DNA of 64,000 nt from Styela clava (taxonomy: Eukaryota), in NCBI RefSeq assembly GCF_964204865.1, contig NC_135254.1, positions 11,098,001 to 11,162,000 on the forward strand. The letters run 5' to 3'. The notes under the pieces were generated by a model, which was given only the letters and a program-made list of their open reading frames with translations, had not been told where the DNA came from and ran no database searches. Numbering within the stretch: position 1 is the stretch's first letter; each line of letters begins with the position of its first letter. Both the position numbers and the translations under genes were made by a program. Positions 63,989-64,000 of the stretch are shown here, in pieces.

Positions 63989-64000
63989 CTAATAGGAATA

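Overview
AT-rich, intron-dense animal genomic DNA. The look (compact GT-AG introns, GATM, galaxin, astacin-ShKT, FReD genes, hAT/Helentron MITEs) suggests a marine invertebrate chordate such as an ascidian, but that is inference only. Manual splicing gives these minus-strand genes: two exon-for-exon paralogous astacin-ShKT proteases with extra modules inside their prodomains (1449-6931, 13653-17947); an 80-aa secreted amphipathic peptide gene between them that the ORF track misses (11070-11712); a 10-exon galaxin-like protein (20977-26693); GATM (36139-42372); a 21-exon secreted protein with three tandem remodelled fibrinogen C-terminal domains (46566-57809); a small Cys-rich secreted peptide (59587-59864); and the last exon of a sulfotransferase-like gene (63697-63988). 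One plus-strand orphan gene with PxPxPR motifs lies at 32011-35096. Introns and spacers hold several MITE families, two Helentron-like families and an internally deleted hAT (SPIN/Buster-like) transposon. No rRNA, credible tRNA or CRISPR was seen. Best novelty candidates: the amphipathic peptide, the triple-FReD protein and the prodomain-shuffled astacin pair. All gene models come from reading splice sites and frames by eye and have no transcript support.
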